This document shows, in pieces, positions 63,818-64,000 of a DNA stretch of 64,000 bases. The translations under genes were made by a program, and so were the position numbers. The notes under the pieces are model-generated. The model ran no database searches, had not been told where the DNA came from, and worked only from the letters and a program-made list of their open reading frames with translations. Each line of letters begins with the position of its first letter. The stretch's first letter is position 1. The DNA comes from Amoebidium appalachense (Eukaryota > Protista > Ichthyosporea), in the NCBI GenBank assembly GCA_963693365.1, contig CAVNZM010000011.1, positions 5,030,639-5,094,638 of the forward strand, read 5' to 3'.

Positions 63818-64000
63818 CTATGGGTGGCGGTAATCAGGTCAGAGGCGCACACAACAAATTTTTAAAAGGGAAAGGAAGGAGCAAAGGAATCGCCACAAGC
63901 ACAATGTGTTGAGTTTTTGAGGTGTGTGTGTGTGTGTGTGTGTGGGTGATGTGTGTGTGTGTGTGCGCGTGCGTGCGCGTGCGTGCGTGTCACTGTGTGT

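Overview
Intron-rich eukaryotic DNA. Introns are mostly (CA/TG)n, (GA)n and poly-G/C tracts, so most entries in the ORF track are microsatellite artefacts. I built gene models by hand from GT-AG boundaries and reading-frame phase. The main result is a minus-strand locus (17405 to about 734) encoding two tandem modules, each an RGS (regulator of G-protein signalling) domain joined directly to a 3/3 globin. It is a candidate heme/gas-regulated G-alpha regulator, and I do not recognise the architecture from described proteins. Also present: tRNA-Ser(AGA); a 13-exon MORN-only protein; a bacterial-like gamma-carbonic anhydrase with a putative mitochondrial presequence; an SLMAP-like FHA/coiled-coil gene; a PH + hydrophobic hairpin + CRAL-TRIO gene; three pieces of non-LTR retroelements (one with a structured 5' leader, one with an internal micro-inversion and a templated insertion, one internally deleted); a MITE and a second candidate, an interspersed repeat family and several local duplications. 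The animal-like SLMAP FHA plus a gamma-CA suggests a unicellular holozoan, but this is inference only.
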